Source: Dehalococcoidia bacterium (GTDB taxonomy: Bacteria > Chloroflexota > Dehalococcoidia > UBA2979). Taken from it: DNA of 64,000 nt. The stretch lies in the NCBI GenBank assembly GCA_965262725.1, contig OZ253555.1:1568001-1632000 (forward strand), in the 5' to 3' direction. Shown here piece by piece: positions 44,348 to 54,129 of the stretch. Each line of letters opens with the position of its first letter. The first letter of the stretch is position 1. The translations under genes were made by a program, and so were the position numbers. Below the pieces are notes generated by a model. It did not search any database. It saw nothing but the letters and a program-made list of their open reading frames with translations, and had not been told where the DNA came from.

Positions 44348-46185
44348 CGGTCGCCCGCCGCCCCGACCCCGTCCGATGGCAGGAGCGCACGGCGACGCCG
44401 GTCCTCGTGCTGGTTCCGCCAGACCGGCCCCGCCAATCCCGCAGGATCCCGCTCGCCGCGCCACTCACATGTCATCACCATTGCCAGGTCCGGCGAGATC
44501 GACCTCGCCAGGCGCGCCACGCGATCCTCGGCGCGGTGGTCGGTGCAAACGAACACCAGCCCGGGCTTCCCGGGAAACTCCCCCCGCCACGCCGCGGCCG
44601 CGTAGTACCGCCGGTACCCCTCGAACTTCGCGCGGTAGTCGCCCGAGTCGAGCGTTCCGCGGTCGTACTCAACGAGGAAACACCGCGCCTCCGCACCGCG
44701 CACGAGCACGCCGGACGCATCCGGACGGATCCAGGCGATCCGCCCGTCCTCCGCCACGAAGCGATACGTCGACTCCGCCTCGTTTCGCCATTCCGCGAGG
44801 TGCCAGCCCGCGGCCCTGGCATCGAGGGCCAGGCGAGCGGCGAAGCGGTTCACGCCGAGCGTGTGCTCGCGGTGCCGGACCACCCGCGCGCGGTCTGGCT
44901 GCTGCGCGGAGACGAACGTGACTCCCCCGTGCCGCGCGTAGATGGCCGGAGGGACGCCGGCCCGAGCGGCGATCGACCGCATCCCCAGTTCCGTCAGCAG
45001 GTAGCGGGGCTCGTCGACGTCGTTCGTCTGGCCCGTTCCGGTTCCCTCCGGCGATTCAGCGTCGGCATCGATCACGCCGCAGCTCGTGATCCGCTCCAGG
45101 CGGCGCCCGATCAGCCCCGCCGGTTCGCGCGTCAGCGCCGCGAGCTCCGCGGCGCCCATGAGCGGATGCCGCGCCACCCATTCGATGAGGGTCTTCTCGG
45201 CCGGGCTTGTCGCAAGCGCGAGGTCGGCAAGACGTTGCCGGTCCGGCCCCACCTGCCCGCTCGTCGCCTGATCGAACGCGCGCCTGCTCAGCGACGCGCC
45301 GGTGCGGCGGGGCGGCGGCGTGCAGTCGTCGAGCGCCCGTTCGATCCGGACCGCGTCCAGGGTCGGCGCCTCCCCCCATCCGACCTGCTCGACGAGCGGC
45401 GCCGGCGCGCGGCCGGGCCGCCACCACCGCGCATCGCCCGCGCCGGCTGCGTGCAGCTCCTCGCGGGTGGTGAGGAGCAGGTCGAGACACCCGGAGCCTG
45501 CCCCGTCCCGCTTCGCCAGCGCCTCCTCCCACACCCGCCGCTCCCGGGGCGACGGGCAGATCACGAGCACGGGCGGGAGTCCTTCGGTACCCCACCGCCT
45601 GTCGACACGGGCGCTCGCCGCGAACCACCCGGCCAGCCTCCTGCGGCGATGGACGTCCGGCGCCGCCGCGCGGTCCCACGCCACGAGGAAGGGCGCGTGG
45701 ATCGGACCCGAGCGGAGGCAGCCGTAGCCCTCGGTGCCCGGAAGCCACCAGCGCTCGGCCCGGGGCAGGGCGAGCGGGAGCGACCGCGCGTCGGCAAGTT
45801 GAGCGATGCCGGAGCTCTCGAGATCGTCGGCGAGGTCGGCGGCGAAGCGATTCACGCAGGCGGTGATCTCAAGGCGGGCCACCCGCGTCGAGAGGTCGCG
45901 CGGGCGGACCGGGGCGGCGCCGGCGAGCGAGGCGAGATCCCGTCCGCACGCGGCTGCGAGGGCCGGTACCGCCTCGTCCCGCAGGACGGCGAGTCGCCGC
46001 GGTTGCAGCTCGGGCGAAGCCGCCGCGACGGTCTCGACCCACCCGCGCTCAGAGAGCAGGTGGATGAGCCGGCGGGCGTCGTACTCGTCCACGCCGAGCA
46101 GCCCGGCCAGCTCCGGCTCACCGCAGAGCGGGAGCCGTGCGATCCACGCCAGGGACCGCGCGAGACGCGCCGTCTCGTCACGCAT
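44344..46185 (-). CDS. Replication-relaxation family protein (tandem domains)
   Basis: HREHTLGVNRF, EWRNE, IRPDASG, FLVEYDRGT, KFEGYRRYY; degenerate N-terminal copy (LPGTEGYG..FLVAWDR). Confidence 0.75.
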   Translation of the reverse strand: MRDETARLARSLAWIARLPLCGEPELAGLLGVDEYDARRLIHLLSERGWVETVAAASPELQPRRLAVLRDEAVPALAAACGRDLASLAGAAPVRPRDLSTRVARLEITACVNRFAADLADDLESSGIAQLADARSLPLALPRAERWWLPGTEGYGCLRSGPIHAPFLVAWDRAAAPDVHRRRRLAGWFAASARVDRRWGTEGLPPVLVICPSPRERRVWEEALAKRDGAGSGCLDLLLTTREELHAAGAGDARWWRPGRAPAPLVEQVGWGEAPTLDAVRIERALDDCTPPPRRTGASLSRRAFDQATSGQVGPDRQRLADLALATSPAEKTLIEWVARHPLMGAAELAALTREPAGLIGRRLERITSCGVIDADAESPEGTGTGQTNDVDEPRYLLTELGMRSIAARAGVPPAIYARHGGVTFVSAQQPDRARVVRHREHTLGVNRFAARLALDARAAGWHLAEWRNEAESTYRFVAEDGRIAWIRPDASGVLVRGAEARCFLVEYDRGTLDSGDYRAKFEGYRRYYAAAAWRGEFPGKPGLVFVCTDHRAEDRVARLARSISPDLAMVMTCEWRGERDPAGLAGPVWRNQHEDRRRRALLPSDGVGAAGDR

Positions 46186-48733
46186 GGCGCCCTTGATGAT
46201 GGTGGCCGCGGTGGTCGTTGCCGCGGAGTGGTTGCCGGGGGGTCCGCGGGCTCTCGCGCTGATCCGCCGTGCTGGTCGGAGTCGTGTCGGCGGCACCCGC
46301 TCCCGCGGCACTCCCCGGCCCTGCCTCGGCCACCTCCTCCCGGGACTTCCGCTCGCGTCGATCTGACGAACGCGACGGCGAGCGTTCCCAGAGCGCCCGC
46401 GTGATCTCCTCGACCACCTGCTCCCGCGGACGGCCGACGCGGGCGGCGGAGCGCGCCGCGATCGCCCGGGCCCGTCCCGGGACGGTCGCCGGCGGCGGGT
46501 CGACCCGGAACGAGAACGCGGGCGGGCGGGCGCGGCCGTCCCACCAGCGCGCGTAGCAGGTGAAGTCGTCGAGCGAGACCAGGTCGGGGACCTCGATCCC
46601 CCCTCCCAGCTCCGGGGTGAGCCGGCGGGCATCCTCGGCGCTGACCCCGAAGACGGTGAGGCCGTCGGAGTTCGCGAAGATCGTCGGGGCGAGGTTGCGG
46701 TCGATGGCGTCGAGCTTGGCGAGCGACTGCGTCACCAGCACGAAGCTCGCGCCGTACTTGCCGAGCTCGGAGAGCATGCGCGTGTAGTCGACGGCGCCGA
46801 GCGTGCTCGACTCGTCGATGAGCCCGATCACCTTCCGCCGGCGCTCAGGCGGCAGCGCCACCTGCTCCTCGATCAGGAGACCGAGCAGGTTGAGCAGCGT
46901 CGCCCCCACGAGCGAGGCGGCGCCCTCGCCGAGCGCGCCCGTCGCGGTGTTGACGACGAGCACGCCGCCGTCACGCACGATCGCGCGCGGATCGAAGGTG
47001 GAGCGCGCCTGCCCGAAGACCAGGCGCGATGCCTCCGTGACCGTGAAGCGGCCGATCTTCGAGGTGACGGGGTTCGCGGTCTGCTGCTGCAGCACGCGCC
47101 CCGCGCGGTCGTAGTTGTCGCGCCACCAGGCGCGCACCGCCGGATCCTGCACCTCTGCGAGCACGCGCTCGCGCAGCTCCCGGTCGGTGAGCATCGGCGC
47201 GACGTCGAGCAGCGTGAACTGCGCCTCCCGCTCGTAGTGGCGGTTCGCGTCGAGCAGCGCGAGCAGCGATGCCCGCAGCGCGCCCTCCATGCGCGGCCCC
47301 CAGTTCGCCGGCCAGAGGCGGTTCATCATCGTGACGATGTGCTCGGTCGTGCGGTCGCGGTCGGGGAAGAGCGCGACGTCGAGCAGGTTGAGGCCGACCG
47401 GCCGCTCCAGGTTCGCGAAGTCGAGGTAGGTCGTGCGGTCCGCGAGCTCCTGCGGAACGGCGTCCAGCACCGCCTCGGCCAGGTCCTGGTGCGGGTCGAC
47501 CACCACCAGCGCCGTCCCGTCCGGGCCCCCGGCCGCCCCCTCCATCACCCGGGCTGCGAGGTGCCTGAGCAGCGTCGACTTGCCGCGCCGCGTCTTCGCG
47601 ACGATGAGCTGGTTGCGGTGCAGGAGCGGCGCGGGCAGGTGGACGGGAGCGGCGGCGCCGTCCGCATCGGAGGCGCCGACGCGCGCGCCGCGCGCCGCGT
47701 GGCCGGGCGCCGGCGGAAGCCGCTGCGCCGTCGTGCGGCGGATCCCGGACGGGGCGCCCTCGTGGTCGGGCAGGTGCCAGAGCCCGGCGAGCTCGGCGGT
47801 GTTCAGCAGCAGCGGCAGCTTCCGGTCCGGCCTGCGGCGCGGCGCGTGCGGAGCCGCGGGGCGCAGTCCCCCGCCCGCCGAGTCGTAGGCGCCGTAGGCC
47901 GCCGCGGTCTCACGAGCGAGCAGGCGCAGGCGCTCGGGGCCCGAGTCATGCCAGCCGATCGCGTGGACCTCGAGGCTCGCGCTCACCAGCGGCGAGCCGA
48001 GCTTCTGCTCCACCACGCCCGGCGGGAGCGGCTCGGGGGAGCGCAGCATGCGCATGACGAGCGCTCCCGCGAGCGGCAGGCCGACGAAGACGCAGGCACC
48101 GCCCGCGACCAGCAGCGGCCACTCCCCATCGAGGTACCACTCCCGTCCCTTCAGGCCGGCCGCGGCGATCACGAGCGCCCCGACGAGCGGGATCGGGCTC
48201 GGCCCCGCGTCACCGGCGGGTTCGCGCCGCGGCGCGCCGGCGGGCGCCGCCCGGCGGTGGAGGCGGCCGGCTGCCCCGGCCGGAGCCGGGCCGAGTGTCA
48301 GCCGGCAGACGACCCGCTCGTCTTCCCGCGGCGCCGCCCGCGCCAGCACCCCGGTCAGCGGTGAGGTCTCGCTCCGCCAGTCGCTGCGGAGCGAGAGGAT
48401 GTTCCCGGCGGAGGGCCTCAGCCCGACCACGACGGCCTGCTCCGCCCCGAGCACGCGGGCCGGGTCGAGATCGGCACGCTCCGGCGGGATCGGTTCGGCC
48501 CGCGCCTGCGGGTAGGCCGCGCGCAGCTGCGCGAGCGCGCGGTCGAGGCCCGCTTCGGTGGCGGAGCGCACGTACCAGCGCGGGCCTCCGGCGGCGCCCG
48601 TCGCGATCTCGAGCGAGATCGACTCGCCGGCCAGAGCGCCCAGCATCCCCCGCGCCGAGGCGACGCTCGCCTCCAGATCGCGGGGCGCGACGACCTCTGC
48701 CAGGTACGAGAGTTCAGTGCGTGATCGCGACAT
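46178..48733 (-). CDS. Type IV coupling protein (VirD4/TraD-like ATPase)
   Basis: Two TMs, AKTRRGKST Walker A, VVVDPHQDL, LIDESS, ELGKYGASFVLVTQS. Confidence 0.82.
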   Translation of the reverse strand: MSRSRTELSYLAEVVAPRDLEASVASARGMLGALAGESISLEIATGAAGGPRWYVRSATEAGLDRALAQLRAAYPQARAEPIPPERADLDPARVLGAEQAVVVGLRPSAGNILSLRSDWRSETSPLTGVLARAAPREDERVVCRLTLGPAPAGAAGRLHRRAAPAGAPRREPAGDAGPSPIPLVGALVIAAAGLKGREWYLDGEWPLLVAGGACVFVGLPLAGALVMRMLRSPEPLPPGVVEQKLGSPLVSASLEVHAIGWHDSGPERLRLLARETAAAYGAYDSAGGGLRPAAPHAPRRRPDRKLPLLLNTAELAGLWHLPDHEGAPSGIRRTTAQRLPPAPGHAARGARVGASDADGAAAPVHLPAPLLHRNQLIVAKTRRGKSTLLRHLAARVMEGAAGGPDGTALVVVDPHQDLAEAVLDAVPQELADRTTYLDFANLERPVGLNLLDVALFPDRDRTTEHIVTMMNRLWPANWGPRMEGALRASLLALLDANRHYEREAQFTLLDVAPMLTDRELRERVLAEVQDPAVRAWWRDNYDRAGRVLQQQTANPVTSKIGRFTVTEASRLVFGQARSTFDPRAIVRDGGVLVVNTATGALGEGAASLVGATLLNLLGLLIEEQVALPPERRRKVIGLIDESSTLGAVDYTRMLSELGKYGASFVLVTQSLAKLDAIDRNLAPTIFANSDGLTVFGVSAEDARRLTPELGGGIEVPDLVSLDDFTCYARWWDGRARPPAFSFRVDPPPATVPGRARAIAARSAARVGRPREQVVEEITRALWERSPSRSSDRRERKSREEVAEAGPGSAAGAGAADTTPTSTADQRESPRTPRQPLRGNDHRGHHHQGRHA

Positions 48734-49802
48734 CCGTGTCCCTCCTCTCCGCGCCCAGCAGCCGGAAGAAGGCGTCGCGGCCGCCCGGCCGCGCGCCCAG
48801 CTCGCTCACGTCCTTGACGCCCGCGGGCAACTCGAGGACCTCTGCGCGCCCTCCGAGCTCGGCGGAGAGCCGCTGCGCGGCGTCGCGACCGGCCTCGTCT
48901 GAGTCCATCACGAGCACGACCGAGCGCGCGCGTTCGAGCAGCCGCAGCACGCCCCGCCCGGGCTGCGTCCCGAGCAGCGCGCACGCCGGCAGCCCCCAGC
49001 CCGTGAGCGTCAGCCAGTCGAACGGCCCCTCGGTGAGGAAGAGGCGCCGCCTGCCGCGCTCGTAGCCGAGCAGCGGCTTCGGGAGCGAGAGACCCCGGTA
49101 CTTCGGCCCTCCGCCGCCCTCCGGCGCGCGGCCGACCATCCAGCCGCAGTGCGCCCCGCGCAGCTCCGGGATCACGATGCGGCCGGCCATCGCCTCGTCG
49201 CCAGAAGCGAAGAGGAGGCCGAGCTCCCCGGCGCGCTTCAGGCTGAGCCGGCGCCGCTTCAGGTAGGGCACGAGCCTCTTGCCGTCGCTGGTGCCGAGCC
49301 GGCAGCGCTTCGCGACCCAGGGCTGAACCCCCCGTCCCTCGAGGTAGCGGAGCGCCGCGGGCGTCTCGAGCAGCGTCTCGTGGTAGAGCTCGCAGGCCGC
49401 CGTGAGGATCAGCCGGTCGTCGAGCGACAGCACCGGGGCCTGGTCGGTCTCTTGCGACGGGCGGGCCCGCGGCGGGGGCGGGGGGGCGGCGGCGGCGGTC
49501 CCGATCGGACTGCCATCGGAACCGCCGCCCGCGGCTCCGCCTCCGAGCCGCAGAACGGCCTCGCGGAAGCCCAGACCTTCGGTGCGGCGGATGAAGTCGA
49601 TCACGTCGCCTGCGGCGCCGCAGCCGAAGCAGTGGAAGGACTCCGTCTCGGGATAGACGCAGAAGCTCGGGGTGCGGTCCTCGTGGAACGGGCAGCGTCC
49701 CGTCAGTCGCCTCCCCTGCCCGCGCAGCTCGACCCCGTGGCGCCGTACGACCTCGGCGATCGGGTTGCGGCGCTTCAGCTGATCGATGTCGATGTGACTC
49801 AT
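48714..49802 (-). CDS. DnaG-like primase (CHC2 zinc finger + TOPRIM)
   Basis: CPFHEDRTPSF..FHCFGCG, LTEGPFD, MDSDEAG, VKDVSE. Confidence 0.9.
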   Translation of the reverse strand: MSHIDIDQLKRRNPIAEVVRRHGVELRGQGRRLTGRCPFHEDRTPSFCVYPETESFHCFGCGAAGDVIDFIRRTEGLGFREAVLRLGGGAAGGGSDGSPIGTAAAAPPPPPRARPSQETDQAPVLSLDDRLILTAACELYHETLLETPAALRYLEGRGVQPWVAKRCRLGTSDGKRLVPYLKRRRLSLKRAGELGLLFASGDEAMAGRIVIPELRGAHCGWMVGRAPEGGGGPKYRGLSLPKPLLGYERGRRRLFLTEGPFDWLTLTGWGLPACALLGTQPGRGVLRLLERARSVVLVMDSDEAGRDAAQRLSAELGGRAEVLELPAGVKDVSELGARPGGRDAFFRLLGAERRDTDVAITH

Positions 49803-51613
49803 GGCTGCACCTCCGTCCTGTCAGCAGCGCGTTCCGCGGGGTTGGTGGTGGCGAGGGCGTGCTCGAGCGGGCTCGCCTCGACGCGCAGCGCGATGTGGTT
49901 GCCGCGGGCCAGGAAGAGGCCCTCGCCCCGGCGGCAGGCGAGCAGGAACTCCCGCTCCGCGGCAGAGAGCCCGAAGGTCTCGGCGACGAGCCCGGCGGTG
50001 GAGCTGTCCTGCCGCATGAGGAGCTGCACCGAGCTGTTGGCGAGCACGGTGTGGCCCTCCGGCGAGGCCAGGAAGTCCCCCACGTCCTGCGTGACCGTGG
50101 TGAGGCCGAGCCAGCGCTTGCGCGCCCGGCGCGCGAGCTGCGCGAGGAAGCGCGCCCCCTCGGGGTAGCGCATCAGGGACCACGCCTCGTCGATCAGGAG
50201 CACGCGCGGTCTCGGGTCGCGCTTCACCCGCCCCCAGATGTGATCGGCTATGAGGTAGGTGGCGAGCGGGCGCAGTTCCTCCTCCAGTCCCTCCACGTTG
50301 AAGACCACGAAGGGACGGTCGAGCTCAGCCGTCGTGCGCTCCGAGAAGACGCGGCCGAGGCTGCCCGAGACGTAGCGCTCGAGGCGGCCCGCGAGCCCGT
50401 GCTCATCGCCGGCGCCCTGCAGCACCTCGACCAGGTCGCGCAGCACCGGCGCGGGGCGGTCGTGCGTCGCCGGGTCGGCGGTGATACCGGCACGCCGGTA
50501 GCTCTCGTAGAGCGCCCGGTCGAGCACGCCCTGCTCGTGCTGGCCGAGCGATTGGCCGGGCCCTGCCAGCATCAACGCGAGCAGTCCCTGCAGCGCCAGC
50601 ACGCGCTCCGCGAGCGGATCGCGCGCGTCGGGATCCGCCCGGTCCGGCTCCGGCCCGCCCGGCGGCAGATCGAAGGGGTTGATGCGGACGGGCGAGCCGC
50701 CGGAGAGGCGGACCATCTGCCCGCCGACCGCCTCGCAGATCCGGCCGTACTCGTCCTCGGGGTCGATGACGTAGTACTCGACCCCGAGCAGCAGCGCGCG
50801 CAGCGCCTCCACCTTGCAGGCGTACGACTTGCCGGCCCCGCTCTTCGCGAAGACGACCTTGTTCGCGTTCTCCTGGTCGGGTCCGAAGGGGTCGAAGATC
50901 ACCAGCGAGCTGTTGTGGACGCTCTCGCCGTAGAGCAGCCCGCGGCCGGCGGAGAGAGCGCTCGAGGTGAAGGGGATCATCGTCGCCACGCTCGAGGTGT
51001 CGAGGTTGCGGCGGCGCCCCAGGTGGTCCTGCCCGGCCGGGAGGCATGAGAGCAGGCCCGGCATCATCTCGTAGAGCGCCGGCCGGGCCGTGGCCATCAT
51101 CCCGCCGAGCGTCCCCTCGACGCGCGCCGCGGCCTGGTCGAGTTCTCGGACCGAGCGGCCGTGCATCCTGAGGTAGAGGCTCCCCGAGAAGACCCGCTCG
51201 TCGCCGCGCTCCAGCGCGTCGCGCAGCCGCTCGGCATCCTCGTACGCGACCTCGCGCTCGGCGGAGGCGATGCGCCCGCCCCTGGCGTCGAGCAGGCGCG
51301 ATGACTGGAGCTCCACCAGGCGGTGGGTCAGGCCGCGCACCGCGTCCCCCGAGTCCAGCGGCTCGAGGTGCAGGCTGAGGTCGAGCGGCTCGCCCTGGTC
51401 GATGAGACGCCCGAGCCAGTTCGGGGCGACGTGGCGCGGGTAATCGGTGAGCGCCAGCACCCGCGTGAGCTGCCCGTCGATTGCGAGGTGGCCCCTCGCC
51501 TCCTCTATCGCCGTGGGCGCGATCAGGTCGGCCGTGGAGCGCTCGCCCGCTGCGAAGCGGTGCGCGCCCGCCGAGCTGCCGGCGCCGCGATCCCGGCTGC
51601 GCAGCAGCGCCAC
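49799..51613 (-). CDS. VirB4-like conjugation ATPase
   Basis: AKSGAGKS, VIDPEDEY, RINPFD, LIDEAW, RRARKRWLGLTTVTQ. Confidence 0.9.
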   Translation of the reverse strand: MALLRSRDRGAGSSAGAHRFAAGERSTADLIAPTAIEEARGHLAIDGQLTRVLALTDYPRHVAPNWLGRLIDQGEPLDLSLHLEPLDSGDAVRGLTHRLVELQSSRLLDARGGRIASAEREVAYEDAERLRDALERGDERVFSGSLYLRMHGRSVRELDQAAARVEGTLGGMMATARPALYEMMPGLLSCLPAGQDHLGRRRNLDTSSVATMIPFTSSALSAGRGLLYGESVHNSSLVIFDPFGPDQENANKVVFAKSGAGKSYACKVEALRALLLGVEYYVIDPEDEYGRICEAVGGQMVRLSGGSPVRINPFDLPPGGPEPDRADPDARDPLAERVLALQGLLALMLAGPGQSLGQHEQGVLDRALYESYRRAGITADPATHDRPAPVLRDLVEVLQGAGDEHGLAGRLERYVSGSLGRVFSERTTAELDRPFVVFNVEGLEEELRPLATYLIADHIWGRVKRDPRPRVLLIDEAWSLMRYPEGARFLAQLARRARKRWLGLTTVTQDVGDFLASPEGHTVLANSSVQLLMRQDSSTAGLVAETFGLSAAEREFLLACRRGEGLFLARGNHIALRVEASPLEHALATTNPAERAADRTEVQP

Positions 51614-51617
51614 CGGG

Positions 51618-52322
51618 CTACGCACGGGAGGCCGCCTGCCGGCGCCCGGAGAAGGCGGCGGGCGATGTGACGACGGGCGCCGCGACCAGAGCCTCGTGGC
51701 CCGCGGTGCCACCGGCGACGCCACCGAGCGTGGCCCGCCAGAGCGCCGCCAGTTCCTCGCCGCCCAGCCGCCGCGTGTTCACCCCGAATGAGCCGAGGCC
51801 CTGCGCCACCTCGCCGCAGCGGAAGGAGAGCGTGCGCCGCGCCCGGGCGAGGTCGCTCTGCCCCTGCGCTTGCAGGCCGCGGCGCCACGGCCAGCCCGGC
51901 GCGGCCCGCCCGGGTGCTGCGTCCACGTCCGCCGGGACGACCACGTAGAAGCGGCGGTCGAGCAGCGTCCGCTCGCGGGCGATGCGCCGCACGAACGCCT
52001 CGTGGTCGAGCGCGAGCCGCCGCAGCGTCTCCGTGCCCCGGCGGGCTCCCCCGAGACCGGCGAGGTAGCCCTCGACGTCGGCCGGGACCAGGCGCACCAG
52101 CACCTGCAGCGGGTAGGTGAGCCCGTTCAGGAAGCGCCGGTACCCGGCGAGGATCGCCTCCTGCTCCGGCTCCGACTTGAGCGCGAAGTTGACGCTCGAG
52201 GCCTCGAGCACCGAGCGGTAGTCGCCGCCGCGCAGGCACACGATGTCGCCTGCGATCTCCTCCAGCGGCAGGATCTCCTGCACGCTCGCGAGGCGCCGCC
52301 TCCTGCTACCGCGTGACCACAT
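51618..52322 (-). CDS. Conjugation protein associated with VirB4 (N-terminal partner)
   Basis: SSVNFALKSEPEQEAIL, FLNGLTYPLQVLV, RRFYVVV; directly upstream of virB4. Confidence 0.7.
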   Translation of the reverse strand: MWSRGSRRRRLASVQEILPLEEIAGDIVCLRGGDYRSVLEASSVNFALKSEPEQEAILAGYRRFLNGLTYPLQVLVRLVPADVEGYLAGLGGARRGTETLRRLALDHEAFVRRIARERTLLDRRFYVVVPADVDAAPGRAAPGWPWRRGLQAQGQSDLARARRTLSFRCGEVAQGLGSFGVNTRRLGGEELAALWRATLGGVAGGTAGHEALVAAPVVTSPAAFSGRRQAASRA

Positions 52323-52364
52323 GTGCCACTCCCTTCCTCGCCACCACCCGGGCTCCGCGTTCCA

Positions 52365-52550
52365 TCAGCGGTAGCGCCTCATGCGTGCTCGCCACGTGCG
52401 TCTCCTGATCCGGTGCGATTGCCTGCGTGCTTCCCGTCGGGCCCGCTGATGGGCCCGCTGATGGGCCCGCTGCTCGGCCCGCTGCTCGGCCGGGTGAGCG
52501 CTCTTCCCGAACGGCCGCCACCGCCGTCTCCGGTCAGGACGCGGTTGCAT
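52365..52550 (-). CDS. Small Arg-rich protein with (E/H)QRA repeats
   Basis: Strong GAGGAAGGGAG RBS, the same as that of the next gene; 12-bp tandem repeat ~52439-52490. Confidence 0.4.
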   Translation of the reverse strand: MQPRPDRRRRWRPFGKSAHPAEQRAEQRAHQRAHQRARREARRQSHRIRRRTWRARMRRYR

Positions 52551-52929
52551 GCACGTCTCCCTTCCTCGTCACCGGGTGGACGGGCGGCGCCGCGAGCGGG
52601 CGCAGCACCACCTCGCGAGCCGCGCGCGGAGGCACGGAGCGCTCGCGCGGCCTCCAGACGGCGACGCGGGGCACGGCCCAGTAGCGCAGCAGCACGAACA
52701 CCCACTCCTCGAGCGGGCGCCCCGCGGGCCGCCAGAAGACGAGCGGCAGCACCGCGGCCAGCACGAGCGCGGCCGCGCAGAGGCGGACAAGGAGTGGCAG
52801 CGGCAGATCGCCCGCGGCGCCGTAGGCCAGCGAGAGGCCGGCGGCGGCGGAGAGCAGCTGGCGCATCGTCAGGCCCAGGACCGCCCTGTCGGCGACGCCG
52901 AGGTGGGTCGGGATCTCGTGGCGCCCCAT
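52534..52929 (-). CDS. PrgI-family membrane protein
   Basis: HEIPTHLGVADRAVLGLTMRQL, two TMs, RPAGRPLEEW. Confidence 0.8.
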   Translation of the reverse strand: MGRHEIPTHLGVADRAVLGLTMRQLLSAAAGLSLAYGAAGDLPLPLLVRLCAAALVLAAVLPLVFWRPAGRPLEEWVFVLLRYWAVPRVAVWRPRERSVPPRAAREVVLRPLAAPPVHPVTRKGDVHATAS

Positions 52930-53162
52930 CACGCCATCGCCCCCTGCACGATGCCGGCGATCGCGCGCGCGAGCAGCACGATCGCGAACCCCGCGAGCGC
53001 GTTGAGGATCGCCGTCTTGCCCGCCTCCATCTGGCGCGGCGATCCGGTCGCCGACATGTAGAGGAAGGCCCCCCACATCACGAAGAACGCCGAGACCGCC
53101 GCCGCCACACCGATGCCGATGTCGAGCAGGTTCCCGAACAGCACGTTGATCTCTTCCATCAC
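52929..53162 (-). CDS. VirB2/TrbC-like pilin
   Basis: 77 aa, two hydrophobic helices, GAFLYMSATGSPRQMEAGKTAILNALAGF. Confidence 0.75.
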   Translation of the reverse strand: MMEEINVLFGNLLDIGIGVAAAVSAFFVMWGAFLYMSATGSPRQMEAGKTAILNALAGFAIVLLARAIAGIVQGAMA

Positions 53163-53173
53163 TGGCTCCCTTC

Positions 53174-53716
53174 TCAGCCGGCGCCCCGTGCGCCGGCCGG
53201 CTCCTCGCTCATCACAAGCACCTCCGTCACCAGCCAGCGGCCGCCCTCGCGGACGAGCCGCAGGCGGACGTGCTGGGTGACCTCTTCCCGGGCGGCGCGT
53301 CCGGACGCCGGGTCCAGCCAGCTCCGCTCGTGCAGCGAGCGGACCGTCGCCTCCGCCGCGGCGGCCGAGAGCGCTTCGACCGAGACCGACTGGACGGCCG
53401 CGCGGCTCCGGCGGCCCCCGGCGATGGCGGCCGGATCGACCGCCGCTCCCGCGAGCGCCGCGCGGAGTTCGCCTGAGGTGAGCGCGGCGAGGCGCGCCAT
53501 ATAGCTGTCTGCGTCGCGGTAGTCGAAGCCGCCGTAGGCGACGACGAACGCGGACGCCGCGGCCTCCACGGCGGCCGCATCGGCGGCCCTGCGCGCGGCG
53601 CGGTCCTCACCGCGCCCGGCGAGGCGCGAGGCCCCGCTCCAGGCGGAGGCGACGGCGACCGCGGCGAGCAGCGCGGCGAGCGCGAGCAGCGCGTAGCCCG
53701 GTCCGCGCCCGGTCAC
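53174..53716 (-). CDS. Single-TM conjugation protein (VirB8/NTF2-like candidate)
   Basis: N-terminal TM, AASAFVVAY, LVREGGRWLVTEV. Confidence 0.5.
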   Translation of the reverse strand: MTGRGPGYALLALAALLAAVAVASAWSGASRLAGRGEDRAARRAADAAAVEAAASAFVVAYGGFDYRDADSYMARLAALTSGELRAALAGAAVDPAAIAGGRRSRAAVQSVSVEALSAAAAEATVRSLHERSWLDPASGRAAREEVTQHVRLRLVREGGRWLVTEVLVMSEEPAGARGAG

Positions 53717-54126
53717 GACGCCGCCCCGGCGGACGCGGCCGGCACGGGCGGTGGTGCCGTCATGAGCTCGGCGGCGGCATAGCTCTCGCGGGCGGGCGCC
53801 GGCGCCACGGCGGCCGCTGGCGCCTTGGTGCGGGCGCCGACGCCGCCTCGCATCGGGGCGATCGCCGCTGCCGGGAGCTCCGCGGGCACGCCGTGCGCAG
53901 CGCCGTCTCTGGAGATGGCGGTGGCGTGCTCGGGCGGAGGCGGAGGCGGTTCGGGACCGCCGACGCCGGGAAGTGCCGCGAGCAGCGTCGCCGCCAGCGC
54001 CGCCACGGCGATCACCACCACGAGCACGGAGGCGAGGACGAGCAGCAGGAGCGCGCCGGCGATGCGGAGCGCCTCGCGCGGGGGGTCGCCGAGCAGCGAG
54101 CTGACGATGAGCGCGGCCTGGAGCAC
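53713..54126 (-). CDS. Membrane protein, possibly a truncated cell-wall hydrolase
   Basis: Long TM and Pro linker followed by only a short low-complexity tail; no catalytic motif. Confidence 0.4.
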   Translation of the reverse strand: MLQAALIVSSLLGDPPREALRIAGALLLLVLASVLVVVIAVAALAATLLAALPGVGGPEPPPPPPEHATAISRDGAAHGVPAELPAAAIAPMRGGVGARTKAPAAAVAPAPARESYAAAELMTAPPPVPAASAGAAS

Positions 54127-54129
54127 GTG

